A DNA stretch of 64,000 bases from an uncultured Alphaproteobacteria bacterium. Lineage in GTDB: Bacteria; Pseudomonadota; Alphaproteobacteria; Rs-D84. The translations under genes and the position numbers were made by a program. Numbering within the stretch: position 1 is the stretch's first letter; each line of letters starts with the position of its first letter. Of this stretch, positions 27,602 to 37,250 are shown one piece after another. The notes beneath the pieces are model-generated. The model saw nothing but the letters and a program-made list of their open reading frames with translations, made no database searches and had not been told where the DNA came from. Location: NCBI GenBank assembly GCA_934230415.1, contig CAKQEW010000002.1, forward strand, positions 64,783 to 128,782. Reading direction: 5' to 3'.

Positions 27602-28813
27602 ATGAAAATGGGCGCACGTTTTGCATACGTTTTGTGTGCGATGCTGGTTGGCATCGTTGGTGACGTTGCGCGCGCCGATGATATCGTTGTTGCGTCACCT
27701 GTGACCGCACCTGTTGCACCCGTGACCACGGTTCCTGATACGCCCGCGCAAACACCTGTATCGCCGGCACCCGTTATAATTGTTGAAACGGTCGCGCCCG
27801 ATGCGCCGGTAATTGCAACGCGTGGGACATTTGATATGGCGCGCTGGGATGATGTGCTGGGGGATATTCGTGCACGCGCCATGGCGGAAAAAATATCCAA
27901 GCCTGTGATTGATGCAACGTTGAAAAATCCCGCGTTTATTCCAAATATTGTAAAGCGTGACCAGAATCAATCAGAATTCAAGTTAACGTTGGATGGGTAC
28001 CTGGCGCGTACGGTGAACGCAAACCGTATTGCCACGGGACGCAAAATGGCCGCGAAATATCCGACACTGTTGCGTCGTGTGCAACATGCATATGGTGTTC
28101 AACCGCATGTGATTTTGGCGTTCTGGGGCATGGAATCAAATTATGGTGCGCGCATGGCGGATCATCCATTGCGTGATGCATTTATTACATTGATATACGA
28201 AGGGCGCCGCCAGACATTTTTCACCAATCAATTAATTGCCCTGATGAAGATTGCCGAAAAAAACGGCACCGCGGTTTCTGATTTCGGGGGCAGTTGGGCC
28301 GGCGCCATGGGGCATTTTCAGTTTATTCCGACAACATTGTTGCAATATGGTGTTGATGGCAATTCTGATGGTAAAATTGATATCAGTGCCAGCGTTGGTG
28401 ATGCAATGATGTCGGCGGGAAATTACCTGAATAAATTGGGGTGGAACCAGAACGAACGTATCGTGCGTCGTGTTGTTTTGCCGGCGGATTTTGATTTGTC
28501 GTTGCTGGATGGCAAAACGAAAAAGACATTATCAGAATGGGCGGCGTTGGGCGCGGTGATGCCCGACGGGCGTGCGTTACCAATAACCGATATGATGGCG
28601 GGCATGGTTGCCGATGTTGCGGCAATTTCTGATGTGCGTATGAACGCGGCGATTGCACCAACTGATCCCAATGCGGTGGATACCGATGTTGCCCCAATGC
28701 CGGCGATAAACGCGTATCTGACATATCCGAACTTCTATCGTATAAAGCGCTGGAATAATTCAAACTGGTACGCGATTGCGATTGCCGAATTGGCGGATGA
28801 ATTACACCAATAA
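27602..28813 (+). CDS. Lytic murein transglycosylase (MltB/Slt35 family)
   Basis: 403 aa. Signal peptide, Pro/Thr linker, and family motifs (AFWGMESNYG...GAMGHFQFIP). Confidence 0.75.
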   Translation: MKMGARFAYVLCAMLVGIVGDVARADDIVVASPVTAPVAPVTTVPDTPAQTPVSPAPVIIVETVAPDAPVIATRGTFDMARWDDVLGDIRARAMAEKISKPVIDATLKNPAFIPNIVKRDQNQSEFKLTLDGYLARTVNANRIATGRKMAAKYPTLLRRVQHAYGVQPHVILAFWGMESNYGARMADHPLRDAFITLIYEGRRQTFFTNQLIALMKIAEKNGTAVSDFGGSWAGAMGHFQFIPTTLLQYGVDGNSDGKIDISASVGDAMMSAGNYLNKLGWNQNERIVRRVVLPADFDLSLLDGKTKKTLSEWAALGAVMPDGRALPITDMMAGMVADVAAISDVRMNAAIAPTDPNAVDTDVAPMPAINAYLTYPNFYRIKRWNNSNWYAIAIAELADELHQ

Positions 28814-28894
28814 TTGTTAAAAATAAAAATAATTGCCAATGTGCGTGTTCTTTGATAATCTTCCTGTTATAGATTGATATAAAAGGATGAATTT

Positions 28895-29857
28895 ATGGCT
28901 ATCAAGGTTCGTGATTACGAAGTCCGTTTGACCAGAAATAAAGAAGAACGCCGCCAGGTGCGCCAGTTGCGCTATGCCGCATTTGTAGAAGAAGAGGGGG
29001 CATCCGCAACCGAAGAACAACACAGCCTGCGCGAAGAATACGATGCATATGATCGTTTCGCGGATTACATGGCGGTATTTCATAATGGGCGCGTGGTTGG
29101 AACATATCGTATTATTGATCGCGCCGCGGCTGAAAAAATGGGCGGTTTTTATACCGAAAATGAATTTAATATTACCAAGATTAAAAAGGTAAATGGAAAC
29201 ATCGCCGAAATGTCGCGCGCATGTGTTGATCGCGAATATCGTGAAAATGCATTGGTTATGCGCATGCTGTGGGCGGGATTGTCTGAATATGTTTTCCGGC
29301 GCAAGATTTTGGTTCTGTTTGGTGTTGCGTCATGGGCGGGCGATAAACCGGTCGCGTCGGCCCAGGCGATTTCGTATCTGTATTACAACCATTTATCGCC
29401 ATTGCGCCTGCGTGCGACTGTGTTGCCTGAAAAATTTGCCGATGGTGTTGATCCGCGCCTGGCCCAGATGAATATCTTGCCACGTGCGTTCGTGGATGCG
29501 AACGATGCGCGCGCACAAATGACACCATTGATAAAGGGGTACTTGCGCCTGGGTGCCACATTTGGACGTGGGGTGTTTGTTGATAAGCCATTTCATTCAT
29601 ATGATGTGTTTGTGATGTTGGAAACACGAAACATTGACCGCGCATACCAGAAACACTTTCTGGGGCGTGAAAATGCGCTGGATGGTTTTGAGGTCAAAGA
29701 TGGCGCCATGAAAACATTGGGCAAAATTATGTTGTTCCCGGTGACCGGCCCGTTAAAGGTTATTGGGGCATTTGTGGAATTCCTGTTGCGCGAAGATGCC
29801 GCGGATGCAGAATATATTGATGAATCCAAGGAAGAAGAAAATGCCACGGCAGAATAA
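28895..29857 (+). CDS. olsB: Ornithine lipid N-acyltransferase OlsB (GNAT/hemolysin-like)
   Basis: N-terminus QVRQLRYAAFVEEEGA, characteristic of OlsB. It is followed by a PlsC-type acyltransferase with a 17-nt overlap. Confidence 0.7.
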   Translation: MAIKVRDYEVRLTRNKEERRQVRQLRYAAFVEEEGASATEEQHSLREEYDAYDRFADYMAVFHNGRVVGTYRIIDRAAAEKMGGFYTENEFNITKIKKVNGNIAEMSRACVDREYRENALVMRMLWAGLSEYVFRRKILVLFGVASWAGDKPVASAQAISYLYYNHLSPLRLRATVLPEKFADGVDPRLAQMNILPRAFVDANDARAQMTPLIKGYLRLGATFGRGVFVDKPFHSYDVFVMLETRNIDRAYQKHFLGRENALDGFEVKDGAMKTLGKIMLFPVTGPLKVIGAFVEFLLREDAADAEYIDESKEEENATAE

Positions 29858-30683
29858 GCGTGTTGCGCGTATAAACATCTTTAACGTTATATTTGGCACA
29901 CTGAAATTCATCGCGTTCTGGATTGGCGTTGTGATTCAGGTGCCGATTATATTCATACTGCCACGTGGGCGCGTTTCTGTGTGGTATATGCGTGTGTTTA
30001 TGCGAATCTTGCTGTTGTTGGCGGGGATACGTGTACGCGTGCATGGCACGCTGTCATCGCATCGGCCATTGTTGGTGGTTTCCAATCACATGTCACTGTT
30101 TGAAATTGCAACGTTCCCGGTCGCATTCGGGGGCAGCTTTGTTGCCAAGGCAGACGTGCGCAAATGGCCATTGGTCGGATGGGTTTCTGAAAAATTCGGC
30201 GTTGTGTTTATTGACCGCCGCCCGTCCCATGCGTTGGAGGCCCTGCGTGCCGTCCAGGAACGCGTGAAAAATGTACAATACCCAATGTTCTTGTTCCCCG
30301 AAGGAACAACCACAAACGGCGCATATGTAAAGCCGTTTAAGAGCACACTATTTAATTTTGTTGAAAATTCAGACGTTGCGGTGCAACCTATGGCGGTGCA
30401 TTATCGTTTTCGTGATGGCACACCGATTTCTGATGATGACCTGGCAAATCACTATGCGTATTTTGATAATAAAAAGCAGGACATAGGCCCATATTGTACC
30501 CGTGAACGCAGTGCATTTATGCAGGTGTTTCATATAATGATTATCGGTGGATTTCGTGTTGATATCACGGTAATGCCACCACCCGCCACCGCGGGCATGG
30601 ACAGAAAACAAATCGCAGATGTACTGCACACAATGGTGGCTGACAAATATATGGAATTAAAAGACAAGAAGACAGAAAAATGA
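29841..30683 (+). CDS. olsA: Lyso-ornithine lipid O-acyltransferase OlsA (PlsC family)
   Basis: NHxSxxE/D block (VSNHMSLFEI) and FPEGTT block. The start is chosen at the ATG at 29841 (MPRQNKRV...). The longer ORF from 29763 overlaps olsB. Confidence 0.65.
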   Translation: MPRQNKRVARINIFNVIFGTLKFIAFWIGVVIQVPIIFILPRGRVSVWYMRVFMRILLLLAGIRVRVHGTLSSHRPLLVVSNHMSLFEIATFPVAFGGSFVAKADVRKWPLVGWVSEKFGVVFIDRRPSHALEALRAVQERVKNVQYPMFLFPEGTTTNGAYVKPFKSTLFNFVENSDVAVQPMAVHYRFRDGTPISDDDLANHYAYFDNKKQDIGPYCTRERSAFMQVFHIMIIGGFRVDITVMPPPATAGMDRKQIADVLHTMVADKYMELKDKKTEK

Positions 30684-31960
30684 AAATTGAAAATTTATGT
30701 GTAAAACGTTTATATGGTGATGTTGCGGGCGCAACAACCCCGGGACACAAAATGGCGGTCAAGGCCGGATATATATACCAGACGTTCCAGGGCGGGTACA
30801 CGCTGTCCCCATTGGGATGGCGCGTTGTTCGCAATATTGAAAACATTATTCGTGATGAAATGAACGCCACCGATGGCCAGGAAATCCTGATGCCGGTGGT
30901 CAGTAGCGCGGAAATCTGGAAACAATCCGGGCGTTATGATACGGTTGACGTACTGGCAAAATTCAAGGGTCGTGGTGGTGCGGATTATGTGCTGAACCCG
31001 ACACACGAAGAAGTGGTGGTGGACTTTGTTAAATCTGTACTGACGACATATCGCCAATTGCCATTTATGGTGTACCAGATTCAGACAAAGTTCCGTGATG
31101 AATTGCGCGTGCGTGCGGGCCTGATTCGCACCCGTGAATTTATTATGAAGGACGCGTATTCGTTCCATGAAACCCAGGCGGATTTAGAGGCATACTATGC
31201 CCGTCAACTGGCGGCGTACAAGCGGATTTTTGCGCGTTGTGGCCTGCGTAATGTTGTAGATGTGTTGTCATCAACCGGCGACATGGGTGGCAATATCGCG
31301 CACGAATTCCAACTGATAAACGAAATGGGCGAAGATACCATTTACATGTGCGACTGTGGATTTCGCGCAAACAAGGAAATGGTTGATGAAAACAATGAAA
31401 ATTGCCCACACTGTGGCAAACCAATGCACAAGGTCCGCGGGGTAGAGGTTGGCAATATCTTTCAACTGGGAACAAAATATTCTGCGTCTATGAACCTGAC
31501 GTACACGGCGGCCGATGGCACGGAAAAGCATCCGATTATGGGTTGCTATGGCATCGGCGTTGGGCGCACCCTGGCGGCAATTTTGGAAGAAAGTGCGGAT
31601 GAATACGGCCCACGTTGGAACATGGCCACCGCCCCATTCGCAGCAGAGGTTATCGCACTGCCGGACAAAGAAGGTCGCACGGTGCCACTGGCGGAAAAAA
31701 TCTATAATGATTTGCGTGCTGCGGGTGTGGACACGCTGTTGGATACGCGTGATGCGCGCGCGGGTGAAAAGTTTGCGGATGCCGACCTGGTCGCGGCGCC
31801 AATTCGCCTGATTGTATCGCAAAAGAACCTGGCCAATAATGTGTTAGAGGTGAAATATCGTGTAAACGATATGGATACGTCATCTATGCCGGGGACAATT
31901 GGTGTTGATACGTATGTTGCGGATGTTCAGCATGCAATCCAGAAATTGTCTGGCAAATAA
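30680..31960 (+). CDS. proS: Prolyl-tRNA synthetase, short form lacking the editing insertion
   Basis: 426 aa with class II motifs. N-terminus alignable to ProRS (AGYIYQ...PLGWRVVRNIENIIRDEMNA). Confidence 0.9.
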   Translation: MKIENLCVKRLYGDVAGATTPGHKMAVKAGYIYQTFQGGYTLSPLGWRVVRNIENIIRDEMNATDGQEILMPVVSSAEIWKQSGRYDTVDVLAKFKGRGGADYVLNPTHEEVVVDFVKSVLTTYRQLPFMVYQIQTKFRDELRVRAGLIRTREFIMKDAYSFHETQADLEAYYARQLAAYKRIFARCGLRNVVDVLSSTGDMGGNIAHEFQLINEMGEDTIYMCDCGFRANKEMVDENNENCPHCGKPMHKVRGVEVGNIFQLGTKYSASMNLTYTAADGTEKHPIMGCYGIGVGRTLAAILEESADEYGPRWNMATAPFAAEVIALPDKEGRTVPLAEKIYNDLRAAGVDTLLDTRDARAGEKFADADLVAAPIRLIVSQKNLANNVLEVKYRVNDMDTSSMPGTIGVDTYVADVQHAIQKLSGK

Positions 31961-31985
31961 TCTGTGACCAGAAATGTTTAGGATA

Positions 31986-32014
31986 AAAATCCCCCGGGAC
32001 GCCCGGGGGATTTT
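31986..32014 (+). terminator. Intrinsic terminator after proS (TCCCCCGGGACGCCCGGGGGATTTTG)
   Basis: 9-bp GC stem plus a T run. Confidence 0.7.
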
Positions 32015-32464
32015 GCATACAAATAACTTGCAAAATACAATGTGAAAATGTATCATAGCAGATGAATCTTATGGGAATAAGGTTCGGGATCTTCAAAAAT
32101 CCTGATGTACCGCGGTGCAAAGAAAATGTTGCGCCGTAATCCGCACAATAATGCGGCGCGATTGCGCCATTTATTGTGTTCAGACCCCGTCAATTTGGTC
32201 GGGGGGCCGCCAGCGTATACCACAGGGGGAACCCAAAGACTGGCGGGGTCATTTGGTACAATGATTTTTGAACCTCCCGGCCACCATTTTATTGGTGGTT
32301 TTCTTTTTCCTGTAATTTTCATTTGTTGTATGGGCGGAATCGGGTTATCGCAAGAAATCCGAAAACTGTAAGATTTATATGATCTGTCGGTTGTTTGAAC
32401 AATTCCGCCCACCCATAGGAAAAAGGTGCATTATGCCAAAACGTTTTGTTTTTGCGCAACTTTA

Positions 32465-32488
32465 CCCCCCCTCCCCCCCCACACACAC
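32465..32488 (+). repeat. Simple-sequence tract C7-T-C8 followed by (AC)4, about 115 bp upstream of the next gene start
   Basis: Read directly: ttaCCCCCCCTCCCCCCCCACACACACggg. Confidence 0.95.
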
Positions 32489-32601
32489 GGGACGTTTGCG
32501 TGACTGCATAAATGCGGTTCTGGTGCGTACTTTTTCAAATTTTGAATTTGTCCCATTGTGTAAAACAAATTGGAAATAAAAATAAGTCAGGAGAAAAAAG
32601 T

Positions 32602-34125
32602 ATGAAAATTATTATCCAAGCGGGTGGTATGGGTACCAGAATGCAGGCGTTAACGCATGTAAAGCCAAAGGTTTTGGTCACGGCGAAATATATGCCGATT
32701 ATTTTCCATATGTTCAAGAAGTATCCAAAGGATGAATTTATCATTATTGGCGACTATAAATTTGACGTGTTGGACCGTTATTTGGCCACGTTTGCCAAGG
32801 ATGTTAATTACATTTTGTTAAAGGCCGATAAAAAGGGTAATGCCGCCGGCATCAAGGAAGCCGTTGCGTGTGTTCCTGATGGCGAACCGTTTATGATTGT
32901 GTGGTCTGACATCATTTTATCCGAAGCGTTCAATGTTAATGAAATTCCGCATGGGTGCCAGGTCGGCGTTGTTGATTTCCCATGTTCATGGAGTATCAAG
33001 GACAATAAACTGGTTCATGAAGCGATACCTGGAATGGGCGTTGGTGGCCTGTATGTATTTGATGACAAATCGTGGTTTGATGATTTCCCAGGCGAAGGTT
33101 CGTTTACAACGTGGTTGGCGAACAAGGATATTCCATTGCACCCAATATCATTGATGGGCAGTATTGATGTCGGCACATTGGAGGCATACAAACGCCTGTC
33201 GTCAACGGCAAATCGTTGTCGGCCATATAATAAGATTGAATTTATTGATGGGCGTGTTGTAAAAACAGGCCTGACCCCGGATGCGGTTAAATTGATTCAG
33301 CGTGAAATTGAATGGTATGAAAAAATCAGCAGCTATGGTTTCCATGCCATCCCAAAGATTTATTCAACTAATCCATTAACAATGGAAATTATCAAGGGAA
33401 AAAATATTTTCTTGGCCGATTTGGATAAAGACGGAAAACGCGAAACAATCCATAAAATTGTTGACGCATTGGCAACAATGCATGGATATGAAACGGCGCC
33501 GGCGTCTGCGTGGGATTTGTATACGGAATATTTTAAAAAGACCATACATCGCCTGGAATCAATCATGTTTGCGATTCCGTTCGCGTTTGATGAAACAATC
33601 AACATCAATGGTACAACGTGCAAAAACGTGCTGTATCATCCGCATTTGTTGCGTGCGGCGGTATTGGACACACTGATGCATACGCATTACGGGCCAATTC
33701 ATGGCGATTGCCAATTAACAAACACGATGATTGATGAATCTGGGCGTGTGTTCTTTATTGATGCACGTGGTTATTTCGGCAAGAGCAAAATCTTGGGCGA
33801 TGTCAGATACGACTGGGCCAAGGTGTACTATGCAATTTCCGGTAATTTTGATCAATTTAACGTCAAGAATTTTGACTTTGATGTGCAACCAGACGGTGTG
33901 AATTTCCAGATTCACAGTGGTGGTTGGGAAGATTTGACAGAATATTTCCTGGATATGATTCCGCGCAGCGAGGCAAATATCAAAGAAATTAAACTGATTC
34001 ATGCGATTATATGGTTGTCGCTGGCATCGCACGCATGGGAAGATTTTGATTCCATGTGTATTGCGTTCTATAACGGAACATTGTTGTTTAACCAGTGGTT
34101 GGCGGAGTATGGCAATGACAAATAA
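32602..34125 (+). CDS. Bifunctional sugar/alcohol-phosphate nucleotidyltransferase (LicC/MurU-like) plus aminoglycoside-phosphotransferase-fold kinase (LicA/AmgK-like)
   Basis: Start at the ATG at 32602 after AGGAG. The N-terminal IIQAGGMGTRM is the NTP-transferase G-loop. The C-terminal HGDCQLTNTMIDESGRVFFIDARG is the APH/choline-kinase Brenner and DFG-like motifs. Confidence 0.6.
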   Translation: MKIIIQAGGMGTRMQALTHVKPKVLVTAKYMPIIFHMFKKYPKDEFIIIGDYKFDVLDRYLATFAKDVNYILLKADKKGNAAGIKEAVACVPDGEPFMIVWSDIILSEAFNVNEIPHGCQVGVVDFPCSWSIKDNKLVHEAIPGMGVGGLYVFDDKSWFDDFPGEGSFTTWLANKDIPLHPISLMGSIDVGTLEAYKRLSSTANRCRPYNKIEFIDGRVVKTGLTPDAVKLIQREIEWYEKISSYGFHAIPKIYSTNPLTMEIIKGKNIFLADLDKDGKRETIHKIVDALATMHGYETAPASAWDLYTEYFKKTIHRLESIMFAIPFAFDETININGTTCKNVLYHPHLLRAAVLDTLMHTHYGPIHGDCQLTNTMIDESGRVFFIDARGYFGKSKILGDVRYDWAKVYYAISGNFDQFNVKNFDFDVQPDGVNFQIHSGGWEDLTEYFLDMIPRSEANIKEIKLIHAIIWLSLASHAWEDFDSMCIAFYNGTLLFNQWLAEYGNDK

Positions 34126-34510
34126 AGAATTACGCATTTCGCCACTGAACCATACATGGATTCTGGATTTTGATGGGACATTGGTTCGTCATAATGGGTA
34201 CAAGGATGGCATTACAAATACGGATGCCTGGTTGCCGGGGGCATTGGATTTCTTGAAATCAATACCGGCGGGGGATTATGTACTGATATTGACCGCCCGC
34301 GAAGATGAACCAGACGTTCGCCGCCGCACCATTGATTTTATTCGCGCGGCCGGTGTCCGTTTTGATGATATTAAATTCGGCATGCCGATGGGTGAACGCA
34401 TTTTGATAAATGACAACAAACCATCTGGCCTGGTGTGTTCGCATGCGATTACGCCCGATCGCAACCAGGGGCTGGAAACATTTAACGTAATCATTGATAA
34501 CGATTTATAA
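34109..34510 (+). CDS. HAD-family phosphatase (small)
   Basis: LDFDGTLV motif at the N-terminus. The internal start MAMTNKEL is preferred. It overlaps the upstream gene by 17 nt. Confidence 0.5.
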   Translation: MAMTNKELRISPLNHTWILDFDGTLVRHNGYKDGITNTDAWLPGALDFLKSIPAGDYVLILTAREDEPDVRRRTIDFIRAAGVRFDDIKFGMPMGERILINDNKPSGLVCSHAITPDRNQGLETFNVIIDNDL

Positions 34511-34528
34511 AAACACAGGGGGAAACAC

Positions 34529-35422
34529 ATGCAAGTCTTGAAACCAATCGTTCACGAAACAATATGGGGGGGAAATAAATTAACCCCGTATTCTGGTACC
34601 GATTGTCAGAAAATCGGTCATCTGTATTCTGCAATTGATACAGAACAATTTTGTAATGAAATTATCACAGGTCCGGACAGTGGTAAAAATCTGCACCAAT
34701 GGTTTATGGAAAATCGCGCGAAATATGGCTTGGAAAAATACGATGAATTGCCAATCTTAATGGCCCTGGTGGAAGCAGACGATAACTTGTCTATTCAGGT
34801 TCACCCAGACGACAAAATGGCCCAAGAACTGGAACACAAATCGTTCGGCAAAAACGAATCTTTCTATACATTGGTTGCACCAACATGTGGCAAAATGTAT
34901 AACGGGTGCAGGGCGGCGTCTGTGGCAGAAATGCAACAAAAGATTGCCGCAGGCAAAATTGATGAAACATTGGATATGATGCCGTGCGCCGCCGGTGATT
35001 ACACATACATTGTTGGTGGCACATTGCACGCGGCGACCGCTGGGTCATTGCACTTTGAAATTGAAGAAAACAGTGAATACACATATCGCTTCTATGATTT
35101 TGATCGCGTTGATAAAAACGGCAACAAACGCCCATTGCAGTTGGACAAGGCGTTGGCGTGCCTGGACGTGTCAAAGAAATCTGTCGCCCGCAAATACGGC
35201 CCAGAACCAATTGTGGAACGTATGTATTCAACCCAATTAATCACCAACAGTGATACATTTACCAATACCGGTGATATGTTCGCGTTTGCGGTTATGCTGC
35301 GTGGGGATAAAACAATTGACGGTGCACACGTCATGCCGGGAACGGCGATTTTGATGGAACCTGGCGAAACGCTGGATACAACAAATGCCGAATTTATAAT
35401 CGCAAAACCACGCCGGGGATAA
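34529..35422 (+). CDS. Type I phosphomannose-isomerase-like cupin
   Basis: WGG (ETIWGGNKL), LSIQVHPDD and ESFYTL blocks, typical of class I PMI. Confidence 0.5.
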   Translation: MQVLKPIVHETIWGGNKLTPYSGTDCQKIGHLYSAIDTEQFCNEIITGPDSGKNLHQWFMENRAKYGLEKYDELPILMALVEADDNLSIQVHPDDKMAQELEHKSFGKNESFYTLVAPTCGKMYNGCRAASVAEMQQKIAAGKIDETLDMMPCAAGDYTYIVGGTLHAATAGSLHFEIEENSEYTYRFYDFDRVDKNGNKRPLQLDKALACLDVSKKSVARKYGPEPIVERMYSTQLITNSDTFTNTGDMFAFAVMLRGDKTIDGAHVMPGTAILMEPGETLDTTNAEFIIAKPRRG

Positions 35423-35423
35423 T

Positions 35424-36086
35424 TTGATGTCTGAAATAAAATTATGTCCGTCATTAATGTGTGCAGATTTCGGCAATTTCGCGACCGAGGTTTCCGCCAT
35501 GGATGCCGCCGGTGTGTCTGAATATCATATGGATATTATGGACGGTGAATTTGTGCCGAACTTTGCACTGTCATGGGCGGATTTTGCAGCGATACGTAAA
35601 ATGACCAAAACACCGATGGATGTACACCTGATGGTGAAAAATCCGGGTGTTCATTTGCCATATGCATTGCGATATGGTGCGGATATTATTTATGTCCATT
35701 GGGAATCCGGCAACGCCGAAACGTATTTGCGTGAAATTCGCAAAAATGGTCGCCTGGCAGGATTGGCGATTAACCCCAGTACCACAGTTGACGATGTGCG
35801 TGGGGTTCTGCCACTGGTGGACACATTGATGGTTATGCGTGTCAATCCGGGCTTTGCCGGCCAGACGGCGATTCCTGCGGTTGATGATAAAATCACAGAA
35901 TTGGTATCCATGCCGAACCGTACATTTGGTATAAAACTGGATGGCTGTGTTGGCCCCGATGTGATAACGCATTGGTCGTCGCGTGGTGTTGATTCATTTG
36001 TATGCGGTACCGCATGTGGTATGTTTGGCGCGAAACGCCGCAACCGCACATACCAGGAAATTGTTAACGAATTAAGACAAAGGTAA
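35424..36086 (+). CDS. Ribulose-phosphate 3-epimerase family protein (pentose/hexulose-phosphate epimerase)
   Basis: SLMCADF, HMDIMDGEFVPN, DVHLMV and VNPGFAGQ motifs. Confidence 0.7.
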   Translation: MMSEIKLCPSLMCADFGNFATEVSAMDAAGVSEYHMDIMDGEFVPNFALSWADFAAIRKMTKTPMDVHLMVKNPGVHLPYALRYGADIIYVHWESGNAETYLREIRKNGRLAGLAINPSTTVDDVRGVLPLVDTLMVMRVNPGFAGQTAIPAVDDKITELVSMPNRTFGIKLDGCVGPDVITHWSSRGVDSFVCGTACGMFGAKRRNRTYQEIVNELRQR

Positions 36087-36094
36087 TATACGTT

Positions 36095-37229
36095 ATGCGA
36101 AATTTTCTTGTGCGTTTTATCTGTTGTTTCGTCCCCAGCCGCCGTCCCAGACATGCCATACGACAGCATATGACATTGGTGCGTGGTATCACCCCATATA
36201 GGCCAAAACGGGACACTTTTGTAATTTTTTCATATCCACGTGCAATTCACCATCCAACAACAACGGATGTTTGTGTAAATATGGGCGATTATGTCCAGTC
36301 TGTGGCCACGAAATCATTATTGAATCAGTTGTTTCATACGGCAAAATTCCAGACCTTGGATCGTGATAATTTAATCGGTTTTCAGCCGTGTGAACGGGTA
36401 TCGTACATTACTGTGTACCAGGGATTTTTCCCGGCTGATATTGGATGGACACCGACACAGTTTATATTCCCTGTTTTTGTGGGCTTTCATCTGGGGGGGG
36501 GGAATGGAGTATAATCAACAAGATAACGGCAGTGAAATCGTGTTTCAGCGTTTTTGTGCCGCGAATCCAGACTATTTCAATCACAGGTCGGTCGGATGTC
36601 GCGATTTACGAACAACTGGATTTTGCAAAAAGTTGGGATTGAATGCGTATTTTTCCAGATGTTTAACACTGACATTGCCATTACGTAAAACCGGCCCCAG
36701 ACAAACCCAGGTTTTTATATCAGTATTCCCGCAAATTTATGATATTGTGGTGCAGCAGTGTCGTGAACACGGCATTGTTAATTTTGAAACACACAGTGCA
36801 GTAGTCAGCCTGGAAAAATATCGGACAGATGATTATAAATCCGTGGCCCAACACGATTTTATGCCTGATTGCGAACAATATCTGGCGACATTTCGGGACA
36901 ATGCCCGATTGGTAATAACAGACAGAATCCATGTTGCGGCACCGTGTATTGCAATGGGCATACCGGTAATTGTTATTAAACGTGCCGAAAACGACCCCAG
37001 ATATGATATCTTTAATGGGATTATTAAATGCTATTCAGAACAGGAATTAAGAAGTGGAAAAATAGATTTCAATGTGTCTGCGGTTGATATTGAACCATTA
37101 AAAGCCTTGATGCGTGAAAATCTGAAATTGACAATAATGGGCGAGGTATACGGTGAACATGTATCTAAATCACGTCTGCGCCATATCAGAAATCAAATCG
37201 CCAATTTCACAGTGACAGAGGAGGAGTAA
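36095..37229 (+). pseudogene. Polysaccharide pyruvyl-transferase-like gene interrupted by a frameshift at a G10 tract (likely phase-variable, currently OFF)
   Basis: The ORFs 36095..36514 (…NMGDYVQSVA…HLGGGNGV*) and 36390..37229 (…GGGMEYNQQ…DRIHVAAPCIAMGIPVIVIK…) are in different frames and meet exactly at the G10 run. Nine Gs would fuse them into one protein of about 375 aa with the family's N-terminal NxGD and C-terminal R-H…G-P-I-I motifs. Confidence 0.45.
36493..36502 (+). repeat. Homopolymeric G10 tract inside the coding sequence
   Basis: Read directly: catctGGGGGGGGGGaatgg. Confidence 0.95.
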
Positions 37230-37250
37230 AAGTGAACAAAAATAAATACT

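Noticed and set aside
32053-32412. Overlapping ORFs 32053..32412 (-) and 32105..32371 (+) in the proS downstream spacer
   Set aside because: They are mutually exclusive low-complexity (Pro/Gly-rich) frames with no RBS or family resemblance. They are possibly a decayed gene, but neither is supportable as a CDS.
36095-37229. Treating 36095..36514 and 36390..37229 as two separate overlapping genes
   Set aside because: The frames switch exactly at a G10 homopolymer. Together they reconstitute one pyruvyl-transferase-like protein, so this is a single frameshifted (phase-variable) gene.
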